This document shows positions 9,671 through 19,703 of a DNA stretch of 64,000 nucleotides, piece by piece; position 1 is the first letter of the stretch; the number at the start of each line of letters is the position of its first letter. The stretch is from Desulfobacterales bacterium (lineage in GTDB: Bacteria > Desulfobacterota > Desulfobacteria > Desulfobacterales > UBA2174): NCBI GenBank assembly GCA_963668645.2, contig CAXXWC010000018.1:160001-224000 (forward strand). The letters are read 5' to 3'. The position numbers and the translations under genes are program-made. The notes under the pieces were generated by a model, which saw only the letters and a program-made list of their open reading frames with translations, searched no databases and had not been told where the DNA came from.

Positions 9671-10588
9671 ATGAATCAAAATGCTTGCGGGACAGCCGGT
9701 CCGACCCAACCCTTCGGCTGGCATGCACTGGACGCGGGGTCGGTATTGGACAAGCTCGGCGGAGACGGCCGCAAAGGGCTGAGCGCTGTCCAGGTCCGAA
9801 GACGCTTGCGCCGTTACGGTGCCAATCTGCCAGCGCCCCTGGAAGCCAAGCCGGCCTTTGGGTGGCGCAATTTCAATGCGCCCATGCTGATCCTGCTCCT
9901 GGCGGCGGGAGCGGGCCTTTTTCTGCTTCGCGACTGGACCGGGGGAACGGTTCTGCTGGCTCTGCCCCTGGTCAACCTGGTGGTTCATTGGCTCTATTCC
10001 CTGAAAAGCGAGAGACACCGGCGGCGGTTGCGCCGCCGGCTGGTCAGTTCCGGCATGGCCGTGCGTGAGGGCCGGGCCACCGCAGTGGACCCGGCCCAAC
10101 TGGTTCCAGGCGATCTGCTGGCTTTCGAGCCGGGCGCCCGCATCTGGGCCGATGCCCGTCTTATCGAGGGTGAGGGGGTTATGGCGGACGAGTCTTTTTT
10201 CGACGGTCCGCTGGAGGTCGCCAAAAGCGCGGCCCCCATCGCCATCGAAACCGACCGGTCATCCCAGTCTTCAATGCTCTGGTGCGGCACCACCATCGTC
10301 GTCGGCAGCGGCCGGGCGGTGGTGGTGGCCACGGGCCCGGGCACCTTCTGGAGCCGCACCTTGTCACCGGCGCCATTGCGCCCCCGGTCCGCCGGGTTGA
10401 CCGGGGCTCTGGCGTTGCTTCTGGGGCTGTGGTGGGTACGCGGATGGCTGCCGGCGACCGTGGCGGCCTTCGTTCCTGTTTTGATGGTGTTTGCGATGGG
10501 CGTGGACCGTTGGATCTACCACCGGGCCGAGAACCGGCGCTTGAATGAGCTGGAGCGCCGATTCGATAAAGGTGCTTCGATCCGGTGA
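9671..10588 (+). CDS. Truncated P-type ATPase-like protein (N-terminal and actuator domains only)
   Basis: WHAL...GLSAVQVRRRLRRYGAN, QLVPGDL, ADARLI, GRAVVVATG; no DKTGT phosphorylation motif. Confidence 0.7.
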   Translation: MNQNACGTAGPTQPFGWHALDAGSVLDKLGGDGRKGLSAVQVRRRLRRYGANLPAPLEAKPAFGWRNFNAPMLILLLAAGAGLFLLRDWTGGTVLLALPLVNLVVHWLYSLKSERHRRRLRRRLVSSGMAVREGRATAVDPAQLVPGDLLAFEPGARIWADARLIEGEGVMADESFFDGPLEVAKSAAPIAIETDRSSQSSMLWCGTTIVVGSGRAVVVATGPGTFWSRTLSPAPLRPRSAGLTGALALLLGLWWVRGWLPATVAAFVPVLMVFAMGVDRWIYHRAENRRLNELERRFDKGASIR

Positions 10589-10810
10589 ACCGAAGACAGA
10601 TCCTCTCTTCCACGGTTGGCCAATCCTTCATCCGCCCCAGTCAAATCCACTCCTTGCTGCTGCGCCATTGCCAGGCAGGCGGCATCATATGCGCAAGATC
10701 CAATCGAACCGATTTACACCCTGTAAAAGAATCGGACAGCCGATGTTGCAGAGGCCCGAGCCTCGACCGCCTGAGCCTTGACTGTCCAGGTTCTTGTCCT
10801 TTTGCATGGT

Positions 10811-10826
10811 TGGTACGGCCATTGCT
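10811..10826 (+). promoter_or_regulatory. Putative sigma54 promoter upstream of the tandem Usp gene
   Basis: TGGTACGGCCATTGCT, GG-N10-GC. Confidence 0.65.
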
Positions 10827-10913
10827 TTACCTTACTGTAACAACAACCGGGCCGGCCCGGCGGCCGTCATGCCGCCGGTAACAAACCGGGCGGATCAACC
10901 AAGGAGGAATGTC

Positions 10914-11850
10914 ATGCCAAGAACACGTCCACAACGCATCCTGATGGCCCTGGACGGCTCGGAACGCAGTCTCGAAACGGTACGTTATATCGCCCGTTTC
11001 AAGCCCTTCCAAAAGATGGACACCGTGCTGCTGCATGTCCTCAACAGCGTGCCGGAGTGTTACTACGACCTGGAAAAAGTTCAAAAGGCGGTCAAGGTCG
11101 CCGCGCCGATGCGCGCCTGGGAGGCCGAGCAAAAGAAGATGATCCAGGCCTACATGCAGCACGCCAGGGAGATCTTGCAGAACCACGGCTATGATGCGGA
11201 TCGCATCCAGATCATGATCCGCAAGCGCAAACAGGGCATTGCGCGCGACATCATCCGCGAGGCGGGCAGCGGCTACGACGCGGTGATCATCCGCCGCCGC
11301 GGGCTGGGTGCCATGAGACCGGTGGTCGTGGGCAGCGTGGCGGCCAAGCTCATCGAAAAATTGACCTTTCTGCCGGTGCTCATCGCCGGCCGACGGGCGC
11401 CCAACGACCGGGTCCTGGTGGGCCTGGACGGGTCCGAGTGCGCCATGCATGCCCTGGATTTCGTGGCGCAGAGGCTGGGTGGGCGCGACTTTCACGTGCA
11501 TCTGTTGAACGCGATTCGCGGCCGCGCCACCGCTGAGTTGACATCCCGGCGTTTTGCCGCCTCGGCCGAATGTCTGGCCGAGGCAGAAGCCCAGATCGAT
11601 AAGGTCTTCGCCGAAGCGCGGCGGCGTCTCGAGGCCCAGGGATTCGCCCCGGACCATATCAGCACCCAGGTGATCAAAGGGGGTTGTGAGCCGGGCCGCC
11701 ACCATCGCTGAAGAGGCCAAAAGCGGCAACTTCGGCACCATCGTCCTGGGCCGCCGGGGCCAGTCCAGCGTGAAGGACTTTTTCATCGGCCGGGTGACGA
11801 ACAAGGTGATCGTCGCCGCACGCCAGCACAGCGTGTGGGTGGTGACCTGA
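10914..11850 (+). pseudogene. Tandem-domain universal stress protein with +1 frameshift at G5 (11679-11683); possibly a sequencing error
   Basis: AAGGAGG RBS; two LDGS Usp starts; removing one G restores SRAATIAEEAKSGNFGTIVLGRRGQSSVKDFFIGRVTNKV...VWVVT* (TGA 11850). Confidence 0.8.
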
Positions 11851-11953
11851 GAAAATTGCGGACCAGGGTCTCATCGGGGTTATCGAAACGGATGGCTTCA
11901 GGACCCATGGAAGCCAAGGCCCATTGCCTGACTTGAATGATGACTGGGATGCG

Positions 11954-14441
11954 ATGAGCGCCGAAAATCTAGATCGAATTCTCAGCCCCCGGTCGGTGGC
12001 GGTCATCGGTGCCGGGTGCGACAACAACGGCCTCGGCACCTTTCTGCTGGCCAACCTGAAAGGTAGCGGTTTTCGAGGGGATATTTACCCCGTCGGGTTC
12101 GAGGCGGCCCCGAAAACGGGCGGGTGCTCCCGTTTTGAGTTGTCCGCCTTGCCGCGCGACGTCGATCTGGCCGTTATCGCCGGACCCATCGGAGACGCTC
12201 CGGCCCGCATAGCCGAGTGCGCCGCCATGGGAATGGCCGGGGCCCTGATCGTCTCTCCGGAGGGCCGCGAAACGGCCAACGGGGGCCGGGGCATCCTGGC
12301 CGCCATCCGAGAGGCCGCCGGTGCGGGTTTTCGCATCATCGGTCCCAACAGCGCCGGACTGGTCAACACCCGCGCCGGTTTAAAACGCCGGTTTTTGCGA
12401 TTCGATTCCCGCGACCGGTCGCATCGCCCTGATTTCCCAGAGCGGGGCCATTCTCACCGCGGTTCTCGATCTGGCCCAGCGCGAGGGGATCGGTTTCAGC
12501 TATTGTGTGGGCGTCGGGTCGATGCTGGATGTGGATTTTGCCGACCTGATCGATGTGCTGGGCAGCGACAGCCAGGTTTCGGCCATCGTGATCTACGTGG
12601 AGCGGTTGCAGCGCATCCGCCAGTTCATGAGCGCGGCCCGTTCAGTGTCGCGCGTCAAGCCGATCATCGCCCTCAAGGCCGGCCGCAACCAGGCCCAGGC
12701 GCAAACCGTGGCCTGGCATACCGGTGCCCCGGGCAGCCACGACGACGTTTACGAGGCCGCCTTCAGGCGCGCCGGAATCTTAAGGGTCAAGACCTTCGAA
12801 GAGCTGTTCGACTGTGCCGAACTGCTCGCCAAGCAGCCGCGCACCGTGGGGCAGGGGCTGGCCATCGTCACCAACGCCTGCGGCCCGGCCATCATGGCCG
12901 CCGATGTCCTCTGCGACCGCGGGCTGGATCCGGTCACCCTGACCGCCGGGACCCTCGAGAGCCTGGACGCCGTACTTGCGGCCGGCTGGAACCGGGCCAA
13001 TCCGATCAATGTGCCGGGAAGCGTGGCGGCCGAGATCTACTGCCAGATAGTGGAAATCTGCCTGGCGGCACGGGAGATCGACGCCCTGCTGCTGATCTTC
13101 GCGCCGGTGGGGCCGGTCGATCCGGTCCAGCTGGCCCAGCGTCTGACCGCACTGCTGGCCGGCCGGCCCAATCCGGTCTTCACCGTCTGGATGGGCGGCA
13201 GTCGGGTGGACCCGGCCCGCCAGCTGCTCAACCAGGCCGGGGTCATTACCTTCGATACCCCCGAACGGGCCGTGCGCGCGTATACCGACCTGGTCCACCA
13301 CGGGCGCAACATCGAAATGCTCCAGGCGGTTCCCTCACGTATTGCTCGGCAACTGACCTATGACCGCACCGCTGCCGAGGCGGTTCTGCCAAAATCTTTG
13401 ACGGGCGAATACCGGTTGAGCAGCGGCCAGGCTCGTGCCCTGATCGGGGCCTACGGGATTCCCCCCGTTATTCCCGCATCGCCGGGTGCCGAACCGTTGC
13501 CACCGGGCGGCCTGTCTTCAGCAGCCGAATGCCACCTCTTTCTGGGGGCCCGGCGCGATGCGGATTTTGGTTCCCTTCTGGTTTTCGGCGGGGCCGGCCC
13601 TTATGCGTCCGTGATGGCCGACCGGGCCATGGCCTTTCCGCCCCTCAACCGTCTTCTGGCCCGGCGTTTGATGGAAGAGACCCGCGTCTACCAGCTTCTG
13701 GCCGGGAAGGATGGCCCGGACGGGGGAAACCTCTTTCTGATCGAGGAAATATTGATCCGGCTGGGACAGTTGGTGAGCGATTTTCCCCAGATCAAGGATT
13801 TGAAAATCGACCCCCTATGCCTGTCGGCCGGTTCGGCGTGGGCGGTAGACGTGGACGTGACCCTGGCCCCAGCGGCCCTCGGCGCGCCGCACCACATGGC
13901 CATCAGCGCCTATCCCTGGCAGTATGAGACCCACACCGTGTGCAAAGGGGGGCTGGAGGTTTTTATCCGGCCGATCCGCCCCGAGGATGCCCCCATGCTG
14001 CTGGAGGTCTTCGAAGCTTTGTCCCAGCGCAGCGTTTATTTGCGCTTTTTTTCGCCGATCAAGCACCTGTCGCCATCCATGCTGGTGCGCCTGACCCAGA
14101 TCGACTACGACCGGGAAATCGCCCTGGTGGCCATCCGGCCGGATCCGGAAAAAGAACGGATGGTCGGCGTGGGAAGGGTGATTGCCACCCGCAACCCGAG
14201 GCTGGCGGAATTTTCCATCCTGGTAAGTGATGCCTGGCAGGGGCTGGGGATCGGCGCCACATTGCTCCAGCGTTGCCTGGCCATCGCCCGGGATCATGGG
14301 ATCGAGAAGGTCTGGGGCGTGGTTCTGGCGGAAAACGGCGAAATGTTGGCGCTGGGCCGCAAACTCGGCTTTTCCGTGAAGCGGGCCGGCGGCGCGGAGT
14401 ACGAAATGACCATTGATCTGACCGCGGAAAGGACCGCCTGA
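11954..14441 (+). pseudogene. pat: Pat/PatZ-like bifunctional acetate-CoA ligase family / GNAT acetyltransferase with +1 frameshift at A4 (12382-12385)
   Basis: SPRSVAVIGA and IIGPNS in the first frame; removing one A gives LNAGF...IALISQSGA, joining ORF 12507-14441 (KPIIALKAGR, IRPIRPED, LTQIDYDREIAL GNAT). Confidence 0.85.
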
Positions 14442-14442
14442 G

Positions 14443-14823
14443 GTGATCCCACGCTTTCAAATCCTCGTGGCGGACCGCAATCCCAATGTACGCCGTTTTC
14501 TGAGTCGTGAACTTGCGGCCGCCGGTTTCGAGGTGCAAGCCTTTGAAAGCGCCCGCGGACTGATCCAGAGCCTCGAACAGAAACCCAAGCCCGATCTGGT
14601 GGTCCTGGATCCGGACCTGCCGGATGCGGACGGCCCGTCGCTGATCGAGGCCTTTCAGCGCCAGGCGCCCAGTGTTCCCCTGGTGATTCATACTTTTCTG
14701 TCGGACTGGAACGGCTCGGCCCAGCAGATGACCCGGGCTGCGGCCTTTGTTGAAAAGGGCGCCAACAGCATCGAAAACCTCATCCGTGAAGTGCGGCGTC
14801 TCTGTTTACGGCCGGATTCGTAA
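14443..14823 (+). CDS. Single-domain response regulator (atypical receiver)
   Basis: ILVADRN, PDLVVLDPDLPDADG, FVEK. Confidence 0.8.
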   Translation: MIPRFQILVADRNPNVRRFLSRELAAAGFEVQAFESARGLIQSLEQKPKPDLVVLDPDLPDADGPSLIEAFQRQAPSVPLVIHTFLSDWNGSAQQMTRAAAFVEKGANSIENLIREVRRLCLRPDS

Positions 14824-14909
14824 AAACCGGTCTGGCCAGTCGGGAAAAAATGGTTTTTCATGTGGCGCCGGCCACGATTCGATTTCAATAAAACATCAAG
14901 AGAGGACGC

Positions 14910-16400
14910 ATGCCTTCCATCAACGGTTTTCCCATCCTGACGCCCGAAGAGGCAGTGGCCGAAATGAAGCACGGTGAAACTGTCTCTTTTAGTGGATTTA
15001 CACCGGCCGGGGCCGCCAAGGTGGTGCCCCAGGCCCTGGCGGCCCGTGCCCGCAATGAACACGAGGCCGGGCGCCCGTTCAAGGTCCGGGTGCTGACCGG
15101 GGCTTCGAGCGGCCATGTCATCGATGACGAACTGGCCCGGGCCGATTCGGTGGCCTGGCGCGCCCCATACCAGAGCGGCGCCGCCATGCGCCGGCAGATC
15201 AACGACGGCAGCGTCGAATACGTGGACATGCATCTGTCCCACGTCCCCCAGACGGTCCAGTTCGGTTTTTTCGGCCGCATCGACATGGCGGTGGTCGAAG
15301 CCACCGAGGTTACGGCGGACGGGCGGGTATTTCTGACCACTTCCATCGGGGCCTCGCCCACCTATCTGCAGTGTGCCGAACGGGTGGTGATCGAAATCAA
15401 CCGGCGCCACTCGCCGCGATTGCGGGAGATGGCCGATATCCTGACCCTGCCCCTTCCGCCGCACCGGACGCCGATTCAGATCTACGACCCGCTGGGCCGG
15501 ATCGGGTTCCCCTACGCCGTGGTCGACCCGCGCAAGATCGTCGGGGTGGTGGAAAACGACGCCTTCGACGACGTGGCCGCCTTCAGCGCCCCGGATGAAA
15601 ACGGGCGGCGCATCGCCGAACATGTGGTGGAGTTTTTGATCAACGAGATGCGCTGCGGGCGGATCCCGGCCGATTTTCTGCCGCTGCAGGCCGGGGTGGG
15701 CAACGTGGCCAACGGGGTCCTGGCGGCCCTGGGGAACCACCCGCAGATTCCGCCCTTCAAGATGTACAGCGAGGTCTACCAGGACGCCATGATCGATCTG
15801 ATGCTCGAGGGCAAGCTGCTCGGGGCCAGCGCCACGGCCCTGACGATCACCACCGAAAAACTGGCCGAGGTGGTGGACAAGATCGATTTTTTCTCACGGC
15901 GCATCGTGCTGCGCTCCCAGGAAATTTCCAACCATCCAGGGATTATCCGGCGCCTGGGGGTGGTGGCGATGAATACGGCACTGGAAGCGGACATCTACGG
16001 CAACGTGAACAGTTCGCACCTTTGCGGCAGTCATATCGTCAACGGAATCGGCGGCAGCGGCGAGTTCACCCGCAACAGCTACCTGTCGATTTTCATGGCC
16101 CCTTCCATCGCCAAGGGCGGCCGCATTTCGACCATCGTGCCCATGGTGCCCCACGTGGACAGCAACGAGCACTCGGTCCAGGTTCTGGTCACCGAACAGG
16201 GCCTGGCCGACCTGCGCGGCCTGGGGCCCATGCAGCGGGCCCGGACCATCATCGACAACTGTGCCCATCCCAGCTATCGCGACTATCTCAACGATTATCT
16301 GGCCTGTGCTCCGCCGGGGCATATCCGCCATGACCTGAACCGCTGCTTCGAGCTGCACCGCAACCTGATGGAGACCGGCGCCATGCTGCCGGCAAAGTAA
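14910..16400 (+). CDS. Acetyl-CoA hydrolase / succinyl-CoA:acetate CoA-transferase family
   Basis: SGFTPAG, YVDMHLSH, PLQAGVGNVAN, NGIGGSGEF, VTEQGLADLRG. Confidence 0.93.
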   Translation: MPSINGFPILTPEEAVAEMKHGETVSFSGFTPAGAAKVVPQALAARARNEHEAGRPFKVRVLTGASSGHVIDDELARADSVAWRAPYQSGAAMRRQINDGSVEYVDMHLSHVPQTVQFGFFGRIDMAVVEATEVTADGRVFLTTSIGASPTYLQCAERVVIEINRRHSPRLREMADILTLPLPPHRTPIQIYDPLGRIGFPYAVVDPRKIVGVVENDAFDDVAAFSAPDENGRRIAEHVVEFLINEMRCGRIPADFLPLQAGVGNVANGVLAALGNHPQIPPFKMYSEVYQDAMIDLMLEGKLLGASATALTITTEKLAEVVDKIDFFSRRIVLRSQEISNHPGIIRRLGVVAMNTALEADIYGNVNSSHLCGSHIVNGIGGSGEFTRNSYLSIFMAPSIAKGGRISTIVPMVPHVDSNEHSVQVLVTEQGLADLRGLGPMQRARTIIDNCAHPSYRDYLNDYLACAPPGHIRHDLNRCFELHRNLMETGAMLPAK

Positions 16401-16467
16401 ACCTGACCGCCGGGGATTTTTTTGTGCGGCGGCGTCCGGGCGGTTGCCGCGGAGAAAAGAGCGAGCG

Positions 16468-18135
16468 ATGAAAACCAAACTGTACCGCAGCCTGCAGCAT
16501 CGCATGGCGGCCATCACCCTGGTGGTTTCCATCGCGCCCCTGGTGATTCTCGGCGCCGTGATCTACTTTCAGTACGTCAAGGTCTTCGAGGCCCGCATTC
16601 AGGACCAGGTGCGTCACCTGGCCAGCTCCCAGAGCAATGCGGTGGATGTCTTTCTGCACGAACGGGCCACCATCCTTTCGATTATCGTGGACACCCACAG
16701 CTTCGAGGAACTGCGGGAAACCGAGGCCCTCAACCGGCTTTTCGAGATGATCAACCGCCGCTCCGACGGTCTGGGGCTGGTGGATCTGGGGGTCATCGAC
16801 GGCCAGGGCCGCCATCTGGCCTATGCCGGCCCTTACAATCTGAGCGGGCTGCGCTACGACCAGCAGCCCTGGTTCGGCGAAGTGATGAGCCGGGGCAAGT
16901 ACATCAGCGATGTCTACACCGGGTTTCGCCAACTGCCCCATTTTATCATCGCCATCAGGGGCCACAGTCCGAACGGTCCATGGATTCTGCGGGCGACCAT
17001 CGATTCGAACATCTTCAACCGCCTGGTGCGCAGCGCCCAGGCCGGCCAGTCGGGAGACGCCTATATCATCAACGCCGAGGGGATCTACCAGAGCGAGCCG
17101 CGCTTCGGGGGCCAGGTGCTGGACCAGGCCCCGCTACAACCCCGCAGCTTCGGTGAGGGGGCCAACGTGCTGCGCCGCGAGAACGCGGATGGGTCGGTGG
17201 AGTTCGTGGCCGGGGCCTGGCTCAAGAGCAAGGATTGGCTGCTGGTGGTCAGCCAGGGGGGCAACGAACAGATGGGCGGCCTGATCCAGACCCGGGAGAC
17301 AGAGATCGTCATCATTCTCTTCGGCTGTGTGGCCATCATGATCGCCACCATGATCACTACCCGCCAGATCGTGGCCCGGCTGGAGACTTCGGACCGGGAC
17401 CTGAACGAACTCAACGCGCAGCTGCTGCAGCGCGACAAGATGGCCGCCCTGGGTAAGATGGCGGCCGGCATCGCCCACGAGATCAACAACCCCCTGGCCG
17501 TCATCGGCGAAAAGGCCGGCTGGATGCGCGATCTGCTCGACGATGAGGAATTTCAGCAAAGCCCCAATCTAACCGAGTATCGCAGCTCGCTGGAAAAGAT
17601 CGAGCACCATGTGGAGCGGGCCCGTAAGATCACCCACAACATGCTCGGGTTCGCCCGCCGCATGGAACCCCATCTCGACGATGTGGATGTCAACGAGATC
17701 CTGATGCAGACGCTGGACTTGCTGCAAAATCACGCGCGCATCAACAACATCCGCATCGCCTCGGACCTGGCGTCCGATCTGCCGGTTATCGCCAGCGATC
17801 AGAGCCAGTTGCAGCAAGTCTTCCTCAACCTGCTCAACAACGCCATCGACGCCATCGGCAAGGACGGCGTCATCCAGTGTGCCACCACGCGCACCAGGGA
17901 CGAGATCGTGGTTTCGATCGCCGACGACGGGCCGGGGATTTCTCCCGAGCATCGTCACCGGGTCTTCGATCCCTTCTTTACCACCAAGGATCCGGGAAAA
18001 GGCACCGGCCTCGGTCTGGCCATCAGCTATCAGATCATCGAGAAGATGAGGGGCCGGATCCTGATGGAAAACGTGGAACCCCACGGCACCCGGGTGGCGG
18101 TGCACCTGCCGATCGTTCTGCCGGAAAAAAAGTGA
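16468..18135 (+). CDS. Membrane sensor histidine kinase (Cache-type sensor, NtrB-like)
   Basis: AHEINNPL H-box, NLLNNA N-box, DDGPG, FDPFFTTK, GTGLGL. Confidence 0.93.
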   Translation: MKTKLYRSLQHRMAAITLVVSIAPLVILGAVIYFQYVKVFEARIQDQVRHLASSQSNAVDVFLHERATILSIIVDTHSFEELRETEALNRLFEMINRRSDGLGLVDLGVIDGQGRHLAYAGPYNLSGLRYDQQPWFGEVMSRGKYISDVYTGFRQLPHFIIAIRGHSPNGPWILRATIDSNIFNRLVRSAQAGQSGDAYIINAEGIYQSEPRFGGQVLDQAPLQPRSFGEGANVLRRENADGSVEFVAGAWLKSKDWLLVVSQGGNEQMGGLIQTRETEIVIILFGCVAIMIATMITTRQIVARLETSDRDLNELNAQLLQRDKMAALGKMAAGIAHEINNPLAVIGEKAGWMRDLLDDEEFQQSPNLTEYRSSLEKIEHHVERARKITHNMLGFARRMEPHLDDVDVNEILMQTLDLLQNHARINNIRIASDLASDLPVIASDQSQLQQVFLNLLNNAIDAIGKDGVIQCATTRTRDEIVVSIADDGPGISPEHRHRVFDPFFTTKDPGKGTGLGLAISYQIIEKMRGRILMENVEPHGTRVAVHLPIVLPEKK

Positions 18136-18145
18136 GGAGAGGGCC

Positions 18146-18529
18146 ATGGAAGAGCGCAAGATTCTGGTGGTGGACGATGAGGTCGATTTTCTCGAAACCC
18201 TCGTCAATCGCCTACGCAAACGCAACATGACGGCCCGCGGGGTCAGCAGCGGCGAGGACGCCCTCAGGATGCTGGATCAGGAGCCTTTCGATGTCGTGAT
18301 TCTCGACATCAAGATGCCCGGCGGGATGGACGGCATCGAGGTGCTGCGGGCCATCAAGAAGCGCCAGCCCACGGTCGAGGTTCTCCTGCTCACCGGCCAT
18401 GCATCGGTGGAAACCAGCATCGAGGGAATGAAGCTGGGTGCCTTCGACTATCTGCTGAAACCGATGCGCCTGGAAGATCTGCTTAAAAAATTGGCCGTAG
18501 CGTTTGAAAAAAAGGATGCCTTGGGGTAA
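18146..18529 (+). CDS. Single-domain response regulator
   Basis: ILVVDDE, LDIKMPG, LTGH, YLLKP. Confidence 0.93.
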   Translation: MEERKILVVDDEVDFLETLVNRLRKRNMTARGVSSGEDALRMLDQEPFDVVILDIKMPGGMDGIEVLRAIKKRQPTVEVLLLTGHASVETSIEGMKLGAFDYLLKPMRLEDLLKKLAVAFEKKDALG

Positions 18530-18643
18530 TGTCGCCGGGGTTTGACGCCGTTCGGGCCGATCTTTTGGAGGGCCGCCCGGCGATTTTGTAAACGAATCGA
18601 CACCGAGGATATCCTTCAGCGGATAGGACCCGTCGCCAGGCGG

Positions 18644-19640
18644 ATGCAAAACAACCCTTTACCACAACCATTCCATCCCCCCCCCCGGGATCCGTTCAAG
18701 CGCCGTTCAGACCGTTCTGGCCAGTCTGCGCCTGCGCGCCCGGGGCAGCGAGCACGTTCTGAAACGGTCCCGGCGGCTGATCCTGCATGTTGCCGGCGGT
18801 ATCCGGCTGCTGGCCTTTCATACGGCCCATCCTTCCCCCCGGGCCCGGGTGATTTTGATCCACGGCTGGGAGGGCAGCAGCGATTCGACCTACGTGCGCA
18901 CCACGGCCTGTACCCTGTGGCGGGCCGGGTGCGATATCCTGCGGTTGAACCTGCGCGACCACGGGCCGAGCCATCATCTGAACCCGGGAGTCTTTCTGGC
19001 CGTTTACCTCGACGAGGTGGTCGAAGCCGCGGCCCAGGCCGCCGCTGCCACGCCCCATCTGCCGGTCTGGATCTGCGGTTTTTCCCTGGGGGGCAACTTC
19101 GCCCTGCGCATCGCGGCGCGCTGGGCCGCAGCGGCGCCGTCGAATCTCAGCCACGTGGTGGCCGTCAGTCCGGCCATCGATCCGCTTGGTACCACCGTTT
19201 GCATCGACCGCCATCCGGCCCTGCGCTGGTACTTCCGGCGCAAGTGGCAGCGCAGCCTGCGGCGCAAGCAGGCCCTTTTCCCGGGGCGCTACGATTTTTC
19301 CGGCCTCGATCCGCACATGAGCCTGATGCAGATGACGGATCATCTCATCCCCCGGGTCAGCACCTATCCGGACGCCGACACGTATCTGGCCGCCTACGCC
19401 GTCACCCCGGCCGTCTATCAACGCATCCGGGTGGCCACGACGATCGTTTCGGCGGCAGACGATCCGGTGATTCCGGTGGCCGATCTGCTCTCCTTGCCGG
19501 ACAATCCCCATGTCAGGCGCGTCATCCATGCCCATGGCGGCCACAACGGGTTTGTCGAAGCCGGCCTGCGCACCACCTGGTATGAACGCTGGATGGTGCG
19601 GGAGTTGGCAAGGAACGCCTCCGGTCCTCCTGCCCGTTGA
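18644..19640 (+). pseudogene. yheT: YheT-family alpha/beta hydrolase with +1 frameshift in a C10 tract (18677-18686)
   Basis: C9 restores FHPPPG...VQTVLAS leading into HGWEGSS, GFSLGG, DDPVI, GGHNGF. Confidence 0.8.
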
Positions 19641-19703
19641 ATTTTCGGCCCGCCGGCACTATGCTGCATGCCGCGGACCAACTGCCAGCCGGGATCGAAA
19701 ACC

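Noticed and set aside
11924..13363. 479-aa ORF as an independent gene
   Set aside because: Only the first ~150 aa are Pat-like; the rest is out-of-frame read-through after the A4 frameshift.
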